A DNA stretch of 43,034 bases, from assembly GCA_032718475.1 (NCBI GenBank), contig JAUCBJ010007280.1, positions 1 to 43,034 of the forward strand. The letters run 5' to 3'. A program made the position numbers and the translations under genes. Shown here in pieces: positions 1 to 11,266 of the stretch. Below the pieces are notes generated by a model. It had not been told where the DNA came from and searched no databases. It worked only from the letters and a program-made list of their open reading frames with translations. Position 1 is the stretch's first letter. Every line of letters begins with the position of its first letter. Source of the DNA: Nemertoderma westbladi (Eukaryota > Animalia > Xenacoelomorpha).

Positions 1-1083
1 GGGCACCGGTTTTCGGTTTTGGGAGTTTGAAGGGTTTCTGCTATAATTTCTCCCTTCCTTCTGTTGTCTGTAGCGACTTTTAGAGCGCCCGCGTTGTTGT
101 CCACCTTGGGAATATTGTTGCACAGCTTTAACCTCATGTTTGAGCCGCTGTCCTTCCTTGGTGGCAAGTTCGCGGTTGCGACAGAAGTCCACGGTTTCAG
201 TGAGGGATAGGGCAGGTTTTTTACTGAATATTTCCCGCCGGGTTTCATCGTCTCTGAGGCCACATGCAAGAAGGGTCATTATCCAATCGTCTATTGTCGT
301 GGACTCTACCATGGCATCATCCGCTAACTCACGAAGGCGGATATAGAATTCTTCGAAATCCTGCCCTTCTTGCTGTTTTTGGCGAACCAGCTCGTACCTG
401 TCAACGGTAAGATTTTGTTCTTCCCTCAGATACGCACGGATTTCACTTAGGATTTCATCCATTGTTTTTTCTGTGTCCCGGGGAATCCCCATGGTGTATT
501 GGATTCGGTTTAAAAAATCTGGGTGGCAGTACGAAAAGAGAGCGGCCACATGGTCCTGACGGGGTTTACTGGCCAAGTTAGTTATTTGCACATAGTTTAG
601 CCACGAAGTTTCCCAATGTTTGAATTGGCGATACTTCATCAGTACGTCTAAAACGTCCGGGGAACGTACCTGAAGTTTTGCACCAGTGGGAATGTTCCTC
701 TGCTCGTGGGGTTCGCTGTGGCGATTCCCTCCTTGAGCAATAGTTAGTAGATGCTCCATTTCTACAGAGCGGCGGTGTTCTTCATCCATTCGTCGTCGCT
801 CTTCATCGGCCTGGCGGGCGTCATCGCGATCAACGAGGTATTTTATAAGAGCCCCCACATCGAAGTTATAACCACTGGCTGTTTCTCCCGGAGTTTTAAT
901 CTCGTCGCTATCCTCTTGCAGCGCCCGTGCGAGTTTTATTCTAAGGGTTACTGTAGACGTTTTCGTCGTGTATTTGACTCCTAGATTGTCGCAGTGGATC
1001 ATTAGATCTGATCGAGGAATATCATCAAGTTGGTCCGGGTGAAGTTCCAGCGTGTCATTAAAATTCGGCGGGTCGTTCATCAT
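1..1083 (-). CDS. gag: Gag of a Ty3/Gypsy (Mag-like) LTR retrotransposon, running off the window edge
   Basis: Hand translation from ATG at 1083 (MMNDPPNFNDTLE...) stays open toward base 1. It contains an MHR-like motif RQKQQEGQDFEEFYIRLRELADDA and LLACGLRDDETRREI, and lies just downstream of a PBS and LTR. Not in the ORF track because it has no stop within the window. Confidence 0.85.
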   Translation of the reverse strand, partial: MMNDPPNFNDTLELHPDQLDDIPRSDLMIHCDNLGVKYTTKTSTVTLRIKLARALQEDSDEIKTPGETASGYNFDVGALIKYLVDRDDARQADEERRRMDEEHRRSVEMEHLLTIAQGGNRHSEPHEQRNIPTGAKLQVRSPDVLDVLMKYRQFKHWETSWLNYVQITNLASKPRQDHVAALFSYCHPDFLNRIQYTMGIPRDTEKTMDEILSEIRAYLREEQNLTVDRYELVRQKQQEGQDFEEFYIRLRELADDAMVESTTIDDWIMTLLACGLRDDETRREIFSKKPALSLTETVDFCRNRELATKEGQRLKHEVKAVQQYSQGGQQRGRSKSRYRQQKEGRNYSRNPSNSQNRKPVP

Positions 1084-1096
1084 TGAAGTTTTAGTC

Positions 1097-1105
1097 ACTG
1101 CGCCA
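1097..1105 (-). promoter_or_regulatory. Primer-binding site (TGGCGCAGT, tRNA-Ser type)
   Basis: Minus strand reads ...TAACA|TGGCGCAGT: LTR end CA directly followed by a TGG-starting PBS, just upstream of the gag ATG. Confidence 0.7.
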
Positions 1106-1318
1106 TGTTATGAACTTGTGTGTGCGGCTCCATATAAATAATAAAGTCAACTAATATATATTTATTATATATTATATATGTATGGGTGTCAATTACCACA
1201 GTACAGCAGTATTAGCCTTTAGGCCTCCAGGGCCAACCACTTTCCCATCACCATCTTAGTCTGGTACCGGTAACCGCTGTGCCTGTAGGCCTACCTACTA
1301 AATATCCAGGCCATCACA
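1106..1318 (-). mobile_element. Short 5' LTR (~213 bp) of the Gypsy element
   Basis: Minus strand TGTGATG...TAACA with an internal AATAAA; the outer boundary coincides with the start of an unrelated BEL integrase fragment. Confidence 0.6.
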
Positions 1319-1666
1319 AGATGCAATACACGTTTCCTATATACGGAACTGGATTATAATGAGAAGTTTCCCATACTGTTACCAAATGAGTCGCAGATTA
1401 GAACAGCTATAATCAGAGTGGCACGTCAGGATATCGCCCATCAGGGATTTGACAACACCATGCATAAGGTGCGAAGACGTTTCTGGATTTTCAAGTTAAG
1501 ATATAATGTGAAACAAGTGATATGCACCTGCATTAAATGCCAAAAGGAAATGGGGTAGGGTAGAGTGGGCTCACAATTAATGGCCCCGCTACCATGGAAC
1601 AGGACCCAGATGTACGACCTACCATTCACCTACTGTGGAGTGGATCTGTTTGGACCCATAACGTTA
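1319..1666 (+). pseudogene. BEL/Pao integrase fragment (zinc finger and start of catalytic core)
   Basis: Translates as ...FPILLP...IAHQG...VRRRFWI...CIKCQK..*..QLMAPLPWNR...PFTYCGVDLFGP, the BEL integrase signature; has an in-frame stop. Confidence 0.85.
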
Positions 1667-2208
1667 ATGAACCAATGCTGCATTATAGAACAAAACTAAC
1701 AATAGAAAGGGGTAGCTATAGTTACTAAAACTAAAACACAAACAAAGCGCAAATATCCTAGCTTTTCCACATTAGTGTCAGTAGTTCTAGTAAGATAATA
1801 ATAGTGATAAACAGTTTCATTCAATTTTTTGAATAAATACAAATTATATAATATATTATAGAGCAAATGTATAAACAAAAACTCAACTAATATTATGAAA
1901 ATTGAAGGTCTAAACAATATGAAACAAAATAATACATTATCAAAGACAAATTAAATTTTAGCATCAGAACAACTATATCCAAGAAATGTAACAAAACCGC
2001 ATATCAGTCAAAGTGAAAAGGGGGGACAGTTCCCCCCCTTCAACCCCCCTTTCAATCAGCACTCCGTCCCAAATGCAAAGCCGCACCCAGACCCAGTCAA
2101 GCAGAATAACCTATGGAGATAGATATTATGACAACACACCCGGTTCTTTTAAATTTGCGTGATTTGAGTTTTATGCTCGCACCACTATTGAGTTTTATAA
2201 TATTTGTA

Positions 2209-3674
2209 CTACTACTAGGTCGAGCGAACTCGGACAGTGGAAATGAGATCCTTCAAGGCTTCCCGATTCCCCATAGTTGTCGCAATTTCGTTTCTCCCAA
2301 GTTCAGTATCCCTTTCAAGTTGATCTATATATGTTATGGCCGGTCGTCCACGACTACGCTTTCCATGAGTTGGTTGCCAGAGAAGTAGATCTGGTATGAC
2401 CTCGTCTTTACTTCGCCAGCAGTGCCCACTGAATCGTAATCTGCGTTCACGGAGGGTTGTTGATACAGGTGGTATTGTACCATAAACTCGGCGTTTGTTA
2501 TGTGATGTCTCCAGCTGATGTTTAGGGCTGCCCTTAGTAGTCTTGTGTAGCAACCATCAATTCGTTGTTCATGTGATTTAGTCAGTGTCCAGGTCTCACC
2601 CCCGTATAAAAATACCTTTCCACTGTAGCTCGAAAGAACTTTGTCTTCAGGTGCCTGGAGAGATCTGATTTCCAGATGGTATCCATTTTTGATATAGCTA
2701 CCCAAGCCTTTGCTTTCCTAACTTCTATGTCCTTTTTGCTACTCTCTATCCATGATCCTAGGTACTGGAAGTCGTCAACCTTCCTTAGTTGATTATTATC
2801 AATGGTTTACAAGTTTCCATCAACATTAAAGGTCATGAATTCGGTCTTTGTAGCATTTATATGCAATCCAACCTCCTTAGCAGCCCTCTCCACTTTATTT
2901 AGTAGAAACTGTGCATCTGCTAGCGTATTAGAGAGCAGGGCGATGTCATCCGCAAAGTCGGTGTCTGTGACTGTAGTTGCCGGATATCTACTACTTCTGT
3001 GTTCTTGAAGTGTGAATCCCAGATCTTCACCCTTTGTGGCCGTCCTCTGCGTAATCCAGCACAATTACAAATAGTAACGGTGCTAACCTTGCAGTACGCA
3101 AGCCAGGATTGAGAAAAACTCAGTTTCACCATCTGGTGAGAGTACCTGCGCTTCTGTGTCACAATATAACAATCCAATGCCAGCAACAATTACTTCTGGT
3201 ATTCCATAAGCTCTTAGGATTTCAAGCATTTTACCTCTATGGATTGAGTCGAATGCCTTCTTGAAGTCCACAAAATTCCTTCAATCACTCTCCGTAGTGC
3301 AAGTATCTGAGCTATTGTTGATCTACTTGGTCGAAATCCGTTTTGGCTCTTATGCAGTAGTTTCTTTATGTGAGGCCTAATCCTATATAAAATCATTTTA
3401 TTGTATATTTTGGCAGCTACCACAAGCAGACAGATCCCACGATAGTTTGTTGGTATGCCGAGGTCTCCTTTCTTGGGGAGAGGCTTTAGTTGACCTTTAG
3501 TCCAAATTGGTGGTGGCTTTTCCCCTTTTAACATCCGGTTGTAAACATTCAATAATGGTCTGTTTAGCACTCCGGTTTTCCATACCTCAGCTGGGATTTC
3601 ATCTAATCCACTCGCTTTATTATTGGACATGCTTTTAATGCTTCTTTGGAGTTCGGCAGGTGTGAAGTCCCCTG
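2209..3674 (-). mobile_element. 5'-truncated RTE-clade LINE (family A), frameshifted RT
   Basis: Motifs KASGLDEIP, PLPKKGDL..NYRGI, DFKKAFDSI, GxLQG-like, DFADDIALL, RRLRFSGHCWR, RGRP; (TAG)n tail; 12-bp TSD ATAATATTTGTA at 2197-2208 and 3675-3686. Confidence 0.92.
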
Positions 3675-4169
3675 ATAATATTTGTAAGAAATGTTAAAAC
3701 TTATCTTCTTATGCCAATGTAGTAAGGGTATTAAAATATAATTAAATTAATTTGCACTATTAATGCTTCAGCTAAAAAATGATGCTAATCCTATGTAATA
3801 ATAAAAATAAGAATATTATTTTTAAGAAATTTCTACATATATCCAATACAAAATAATCAGCACAAGGATTCGTGGAATAATAATATAATACTACTGCAGT
3901 TGTATATTTTATTATGTTTATTGGCAACTCAACTATTTTCTGTCTATACCTGAGAGCTGATAAGGAAGTGTAGACTCAGCCAGCAGCGCTGCTCCTACAA
4001 GGCAAAGGCAGGCAGGAGGGATGTAGTCAAGTCAATAAATTCCGCATGGATGGAATTATATCTCAGACAGCCCTGCACTCCACCGTTCCTACAACTCCAC
4101 AGCTAGCTGCTGCAGCTCAGGCAGGAGTTGTTAATTTATCATTGCTTTTAATTACGCGACAAAATAATG

Positions 4170-4435
4170 TCAAAAAACTAAATATATCGAATACCACACA
4201 TAGAATCGATCTGATATTTTGTAACGCGATTATGAACCACCAATGCAATGTACTTGCAAAATTTCATCAAAATCGCCAGGCAGGAAGAGCCTGAACCTAG
4301 ATAATTATCAGTCAGAGTCAGTCACTCAGTCAGTCAGTGTTATATATCCTGAGATTTTTACAGTAAGTATCCTGCAGATTTTTACAGTAAATCCCGCTGT
4401 CGAGCGGGCTCCTAATTACGGTGTTTTAATATAGT
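4170..4435. mobile_element. Possible non-autonomous Helentron/DINE-like remnant
   Basis: AAATTTCATCAAAATCG motif, (CAGT)n microsatellite and short hairpin CCCGCT-gtcg-AGCGGG; boundaries approximate. Confidence 0.3.
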
Positions 4436-4439
4436 TGTG

Positions 4440-5260
4440 ATGCATTTCAGAATTTTCCCCCTAATACCGGCATTATATAGTTTATAGAGGAGTCCGTTTA
4501 TCCTTATAGAATCAAAAGCTTTCTCTACATCTATAGTAGTTAAAACACCTGATCGACCATTTGATGTATCTTATTTTATCATACTTGTTAATTTATATAG
4601 ATAGTCTACTGTACTCGAGTTAGGTTTGCAGAATTGTGATTTGTCACAGTGTGGTCCAACTAAATCTGGAATTCTATGTTTGATCAACCGTTCAAAAAGT
4701 TTACCAAAATATGACGATATAGAGATAGGTCGGTATGAACCTGGGAATTTATAATCTCTTTTACCTGCTTTTTTGATAAACTTAATCATATTTAATGGCC
4801 ATGGCCATATATTATTCTCAAATGTTAGATTAAACAAATGTAAAGTGAGTGACCGCGCCCAAAAGCCCATAGATGTTATAAACTTTGGATGTATTCCATC
4901 ACAATCCATTGACTTGCCACTACATTTAATTAGTAACTCCTTCATTTTGAAAGCTTGATCAAGTTCGGTGCTCGATTCATTATCATCACTCCCATAGAAA
5001 TCAGAATGGTGATCTTCAATAAATTTGTCAACGTAATTCTTAAAAGGTTCATCGAAATTCTCTCCAGCCAAATTTTTTCCAGTGAAGAAAGTTTCAAACA
5101 TATACTTAGCCTTTTCCTCCTCATCAGTAATTATCTTTAATTATCTTTTTATTTATTAGTGAATCCACTCTTGAGTCAGCTTCTTTTTGAAATTGTGCTT
5201 GAATGATTTCCATAAGATTTTAGAGTTGGTTTTATTTAACTCCGATGCTTGTTTTTGAAA
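4440..5260 (-). pseudogene. Non-LTR retrotransposon RT N-terminal fragment (I/Jockey-like)
   Basis: ORF 4571-5101 has DGIHPKFI, IKKAGK..PGSYRPISISSYFGKLFERLI, and continues past a stop as IDVEKAFDSI. Confidence 0.85.
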
Positions 5261-6494
5261 CCCTGAACCTGAAAGTTCTCTGATCGCTGACAAGCTCGCT
5301 GATCCCGTTTAAACACTAATATTAATATAATATTTCAATTATTATTATGTAAATATACATTATTACAATAAATTTTCGGAAATATCTCATCACATTATTA
5401 CAATTAAAATTTACAGGGACTGTGATATGTCAGCCAAAAGTAGACGCCATTCTGATAAGTCAGCCAAAAGCAACATGTTCGATTCTAAGCTGTCCGTGAA
5501 TGAAGACCAAGTTAATGACCTATGTGCTGCTGATGAAGTGTCACCATCGACCGCTGCAATGATCGTCCGTAAAGAGAAAACGGCGGAATGGTTGAAGAAT
5601 AAACGTACAACATACGACGAGAAAAACGAGGCATCGTGCTCAGGTATTCCAGATTAATTGATTTCCCTAAATTATCTTAGCCTTAATCCCATTGTCGTTT
5701 TTATTCATCATTCGTCATTTTTATTATTCAATTTGAAATGTAGTTTTGTTTTACTATGAACTCGCTCCTGGTGGTTTGACTAGATACAAAATCCAAATAA
5801 TATACCGTCCCCTAAAACTGTGTCTGGCCTGATTTGGATGTAAGTATACATGTGAAACGCGAAATCTAGAGATGACCAGTAGGCTTGTCTTTCTTTTGGC
5901 TCCGATATACCAGAAACAACCCGAATTCTCCTTTTATATGCCTTTCCTGTTGAAGCTTGGGCTGGTGTGACGGTGTGGCTCCTCTTATACTCACATTTTA
6001 GCTTGGTAGCTACGTAAAATGTAAATTGGCCTGGTTCACAGAATCCACCATTTCGTACCATGAGAGAGCTCAAGGTTTCATTTCAAAAGTAGAACAGAAA
6101 ATGTTTACAGAGCAGAGGTTTCATAGTAAAAAATGGCAAAAACGTATTTGGCTTTTTTCGACACGATTGTTTAGAATTAGTTCCATACAGTAAGTTTATA
6201 AAATATTTTGTAATGTCCACTAAGGGGACATTACTTAACATTTATTTGCCTGACAGCCACTATATTACCTACCGGTAAGCGGGGTATAGCTATTAATAAC
6301 CAGTAGGGTCTAGCTATATTATTATAACATGGCTCCAAACGCCACCATAAATATAAGCTAACTTATTTATAACATAATTTATGTCATTTTTAGATTTATT
6401 TATACAGCAACTAATATAATTTGTGCTGTTTCTATCACTTATAATGTATATATACAATCATTTCGTAATGTTACAATTTTGGAATAAAACTACA

Positions 6495-6631
6495 TACATA
6501 CTTGTTGCAAAGTACTTTACAGTGTTCTGATCCTCGTGACTTTATTTTCACTCACTCACTAACGTTCGTTCGTGTAACAAAGCCACTCGGATCATCACAC
6601 TGTAAAGTGCTACTTTACACACAAGTATGTA
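6495..6631. mobile_element. Small palindromic MITE-like element
   Basis: Imperfect inverted arms TACATACTTGT..CTTTACAGTGT..TGATCC / GGATCA..ACACTGTAAAG..ACAAGTATGTA. Confidence 0.5.
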
Positions 6632-7620
6632 AATAGTTATAACTCTTCTGAATTCATTGTCCCACTAACACTCACTTGTTTTACCTCTGTTTTCTATAAT
6701 ACTTCTTGCTTTCTGTAGATACTGACCTAACCTATTCCAGTGCGACTAGTAAATGCATTCTATTCCAGTGCGACTAGTAAATGCATTCTATCATATTATC
6801 TTTTAAACACCCACTGTTATCTTGAGCAATTATAATTTATGAAAATTGCCAGGAAAATATTTAAAAAGTAGCATTGATCTTAAAACTGTCTCTAAAAATT
6901 TTATAGGTGTGGCTGTGGCCGTCCCTGCGGTTTTTTTAATTTGTACATATCTCCAATGTGGTTGAAAAATAACATGGGTTTTTTATTTTTAAATTATTTA
7001 ACGAAGTTGCTAATTATAATAATAAATGTACACCCCCAGTCGGGGTAAATTTGAAATCCAACAAGTAAAACACAAGTGTATATATAAATAAAACAATAGT
7101 AAAGTAACAAATCATTAATATTAAAAAGTAAGGAACGCGAAATATTAGGTGGTAAATAACGGGGAGAGGAGTGGACATGTGTAAATACCGGTCGGCGCAC
7201 GATATGGAGCAGTACATGCAGACGCAAATCTGCAAGAGAGGGTGAAATGGCTGGTGGTACGAGCAGATGAGGCGGGCGGTTGCGCGGGTTACCACATGGC
7301 GGTTTTGTTGACCCGTTGCGTCGCCAGGTGGACGACTGGAATGCCTTGTGAAACCCTTGTGTAATTACCAATTATGGGGGGGGGGGGGGGGTGTTACCCC
7401 CCACCACCCTTAATGTTGTCAACTTCATCCAGGTTTTACTTGTCTTCTCCAGCGGAATTATTATCTTTTAAATTAACCCTATATACTTAAAGCCTATACG
7501 TCCTCCTCCGCTGTAACTCAAACTCCTACATCCACTCTGTCCTGTACCAATGTAAGAACGCTTTCATCCGTTACATCCCGGTGAACTGATCGCACACCAT
7601 TGAAATCAATTTCCGAAAGA

Positions 7621-8670
7621 AGCACCGCCCTCAATCCCCAGCCCACTGCGCCACTTGGTAGCCCCGCACCGTCCTCAATCCCCGGCCCACTGCGCCACTT
7701 GGTAGCCCCGCACCGCCCTCAATCCCCAGCCCACTGCACCACTTGGTAGCCCCGCACCGCCCTCAATCCCCAGCCCACTGCGCCACTTGGTAGCCCCGCA
7801 CCGTCCTCAATCCCCATCCCACTGCGCCACTTGGTAGCCCCGCACCGCCCTCAATCCCCAGCCCACTGCGCCACTTGGTAGCCCCGGACCGCCCTCAATC
7901 CCCAGCCCACTGCGCCACTTGGTAGCCCCGCACCGTCCTCAATCCCCAGCCCTCTGCACCACTTGGTAGCCCCGCACCGTCCTCAATCCCCAGCCTACTG
8001 CACCACTTGGTAGCCCCGCACCGTCCTCAATCCCCAGACCACTGCACCATTTGGTAGCCCCGCACCGTCCTCAATCCCCAGCCCTCTGCACCACTTGGTA
8101 GCCCCGCACCGCCCTCAATCCCCAGCCCACTGCACCACTTGGTAACCCCGCACCGTCCTCAATCCCCAGCCCACTGCAACACTTGGTAGCCCCGCACCGT
8201 CCTCAATCCCCAGCCCTCTGCACCACTTGGTAGCCCCGCACCGTCCTCAATCCCCAGCCCACTGCACCACTTGGTAGCCCCGCACCGTCCTCAATCCCCA
8301 GCCCTCTGCACCACTTGGTAGCCCCGCACCGTCCTCAATCCCCAGCCCACTGCACCACTTGGTAGCCCCGCACCGTCCTCAATCCCCAGCCCTCTGCACC
8401 ACTTGGTAGCCCCGCACCGCCCTCAATCCCCAGCCCACTGCACCACTTGGTAGCCCCGCACCGCCCTCAATCCCCAGCCCACTGCACCACTTGGTAGCCC
8501 CGCACCGTCCTCAATCCCCAGCCCACTGCACCACTTGGTAACCCCGCACCGTCCTCAATCCCCAGCCCACTGCGCCACTTGGTAGCCCCGCACCGTCCTC
8601 AATTCCCAACCCCCACTGCGCCACTTGATAGCCCCGCACCACCCTCAATATCCAGCCCACTGCGCCACTT
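7621..8670. repeat. 44-bp C-rich minisatellite array 1 (~24 units)
   Basis: Unit CAGCCCACTGC(G/A)CCACTTGGTAGCCCCGCACCG(T/C)CCTCAATCCC repeated head to tail. Confidence 0.97.
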
Positions 8671-9400
8671 GGTCTGCATTGATCGCTGCAACTTTAACTC
8701 CCAGGTCAAACGCCTGCTATACTCGACCCCCAATGCGAGACTCGCACGTCGCCGGAATCTCAAAAACTGCCAGGTTTTTCAGTGTTTTCGATGCCTCCTC
8801 CGGATACTGGCAGGTCCCCCTCGATGTACCAGCTCCTCACGTGTTTGCGAACCCCTGGGGCCAGTACAATCACTCGAGAAATGCAATGAGTCTCATCATC
8901 ATATCGGGGATGAATATAATCGGCGGGACTTTCTGGCCTGGTAAAGGAGGTGGATGATGTCCTGCTCTTTGATGATACATGAGCAGCATATTGACTCTAT
9001 CCATTCATGCATTCATTCCTTCAACGATGCATGGAGTCTGGCATCTTCCTACATCCAGGGAAAGTACTACTGGCCCTCCCAGAGGTTCAGTTTATGGGCT
9101 ATATTGTGAGCGAGTCCCGCATGACCGCAAGAAGGTCCATGCAATATCGGCCTTCCCTCGTCCTACAAATATTACTGACTAAACTCTCGTACCAAGTCCT
9201 TCAAAACCGGGGGTCTTGGACCATCCCCGCCCTTGATGTCGGCCACGCGGTTCGCATACAGCACCCGACATCTCAACGATCAGACAAGGTAGTAATTGTG
9301 AGTGCCAACCTCTTCAAGGAAGTATATCGTCTGTTTACCATCTGGCCGAACTCTCACCCGCAACCAGCGCCACATCCTCCGGGACACGTCAGCACCCCCG
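8671..9400 (+). pseudogene. Heavily deleted Gypsy (Mag-like) pol: RT pieces fused to integrase C-terminus
   Basis: VCID..NFNSQVKR, ARFFSVFDASSGYWQVPLD, VDDVLLF, VQFMGYIV, KVHAISAFPRPTNITD, then LDVGHAVRIQHP across shifting frames. Confidence 0.85.
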
Positions 9401-9565
9401 AATTCTAACTCACCCATGGTAACGACCCCCAGCAATAGCAATTGCCCCCCACTATGAAACCCACATCATTCTCGTTTACGCTGATGCTGTTTCAAAGCCA
9501 CGCAAACGTGTCGACGGGCACCACAACTTATCGTATCGAGCACGTGTGCCCCCTCGCATGACGTT

Positions 9566-11046
9566 TTGGTAGCCCCGCACCGCCCTCAATCCCCAGCCCA
9601 CTGCGCCACTTGGTAGCCCCGCACCGTCCTCAATCCCCATCCCACTGCGCCACTTGGTAGCCCCGCACCGCCCCCAATCCCCAGCCCACTGCGCCACTTG
9701 GTAGCCCCGCACCGCCCTCAATCCCCAGCCCACTGCGCCACTTGGTAGCCCCGCACCGCCCTGAATCCCCAGCCCACTGCACCACTTGGTAACCCCGCAC
9801 CGTCCTCAATCCCCAGCCCACTGCACCACTTTGTAGCCCCGCACCGTCCTCAATCCCCAGCCCTCTGCACCACTTGGTAGCCCCGCACCGCCCTCAATCC
9901 CCAGCCCACTGCACCACTTGGTAGCCCCGCACCGTCCTCAATCCCCAGCCCACTGCACCACTTGGTAGCCCCGCACCGTCCTCAATCCCCAGCCCACTGC
10001 GCCACTTGGTAGCCCCGCACCGCCCACAATCCCCACCCCACTGCACCACTTGGTAGCCCCACACCGTCCTCAATCCCCAGCCCACTGCACCACTTGGTAG
10101 CCCCGCACCGTCCTCAATCCCCAGCCCACTGCGCCACTTGGTAGCCCCGCACCGTCCTCAATCCCCAGCCCACTGCACCACTTGGTAGCCCCGCACCGTC
10201 CTCAATCCCCAGCCCACTGCGCCTCCTCAATCCCCAGCCCACTGCACCACTTGGTAGCCCCGCACCGTCCTCAATCCCCAGCCCACTGTGCCACTTGGTA
10301 GCCCCGCACCGTCCTCAATCCCCAGCCCTCTGCACCACTTGGTAGCCCCGCACCGTCCTCAATCCCCAGCCCACTGCACCACTTAGTAGCCCCGCACCGT
10401 CCTCAATCCCCAGCCCACTGCACCATTTGGTAGCCCCGCACCGTCCTCAATCCCCAGCCCTCTGCACCACTTGGTAGCCCCGCACCGCCCTCAATCCCCA
10501 GCCCACTGCACCACTTGGTAACCCCGCACCGTCCTCAATCCCCAGCCCACTGCACCACTTGGTAGCCCCGCACCGTCCTCAATCCCCAGCCCTCTGCACC
10601 ACTTGGTAGCCCCGCACCGTCCTCAATCCCCAGCCCACTGCACCACTTGGTAGCCCCGCACCGTCCTCAATCCCCAGCCCTCTGCACCACTTGGCAGCCC
10701 CGCACCGTCCTCAATCCCCAGCCCACTGCACCACTTGGTAGCCCCGCACCGTCCTCAATCCCCAGCCCTCTGCACCACTTGGTAGCCCCGCACCGCCCTC
10801 AATCCCCAGCCCACTGCACCACTTGGTAGCCCCGCACCGCCCTCAATCCCCAGCCCACTGCACCACTTGGTAGCCCCGCACCGTCCTCAATCCCCAGCCC
10901 ACTGCACCACTTGGTAACCCCGCACCGTCCTCAATCCCCAGCCCACTGCGCCACTTGGTAGCCCCGCACCGTCCTCAATCCCCAACCCCCACTGCGCCAC
11001 TTGATAGCCCCGCACCACCCTCAATATCCAGCCCACTGCGCCACTT
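9566..11046. repeat. 44-bp minisatellite array 2 (~33 units)
   Basis: Same unit as array 1, ending in the same two degenerate terminal units. Confidence 0.97.
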
Positions 11047-11266
11047 GGTCTGCATTGATCTCTGCAACTTTAACTCCCAGGTCAAACGCCTGCTATACTC
11101 GACCCCCAATGCGAGACTCGCACGTCGCCGGAATCTCAAAAACTGCCAGGTTTTTCAGTGTTTTCGATGCCTCCTCCGGATACTGGCAGGTCCCCCTCGA
11201 TGTACCAGCTCCTCACGTGTTTGCGAACCCCTGGGGCCAGTACAATCACTCGAGAAATGCAATGAG
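11047..11266 (+). pseudogene. Second copy of the Gypsy RT fragment, cut off by the Polinton terminus
   Basis: Near-identical to 8671-8890; identity stops after ...GCAATGAG where AGTAGT begins. Confidence 0.9.

Noticed and set aside
5427-6073. Short ORFs 5427-5657 and 5780-6073
   Set aside because: No recognisable motif or supporting structure.
6731-6790. 28-bp tandem duplication
   Set aside because: Simple local slippage with no further structure.
9476-10829. ORFs within the 44-bp arrays
   Set aside because: Products of a repeat whose length is not a multiple of three; frames cycle and hit TAG.
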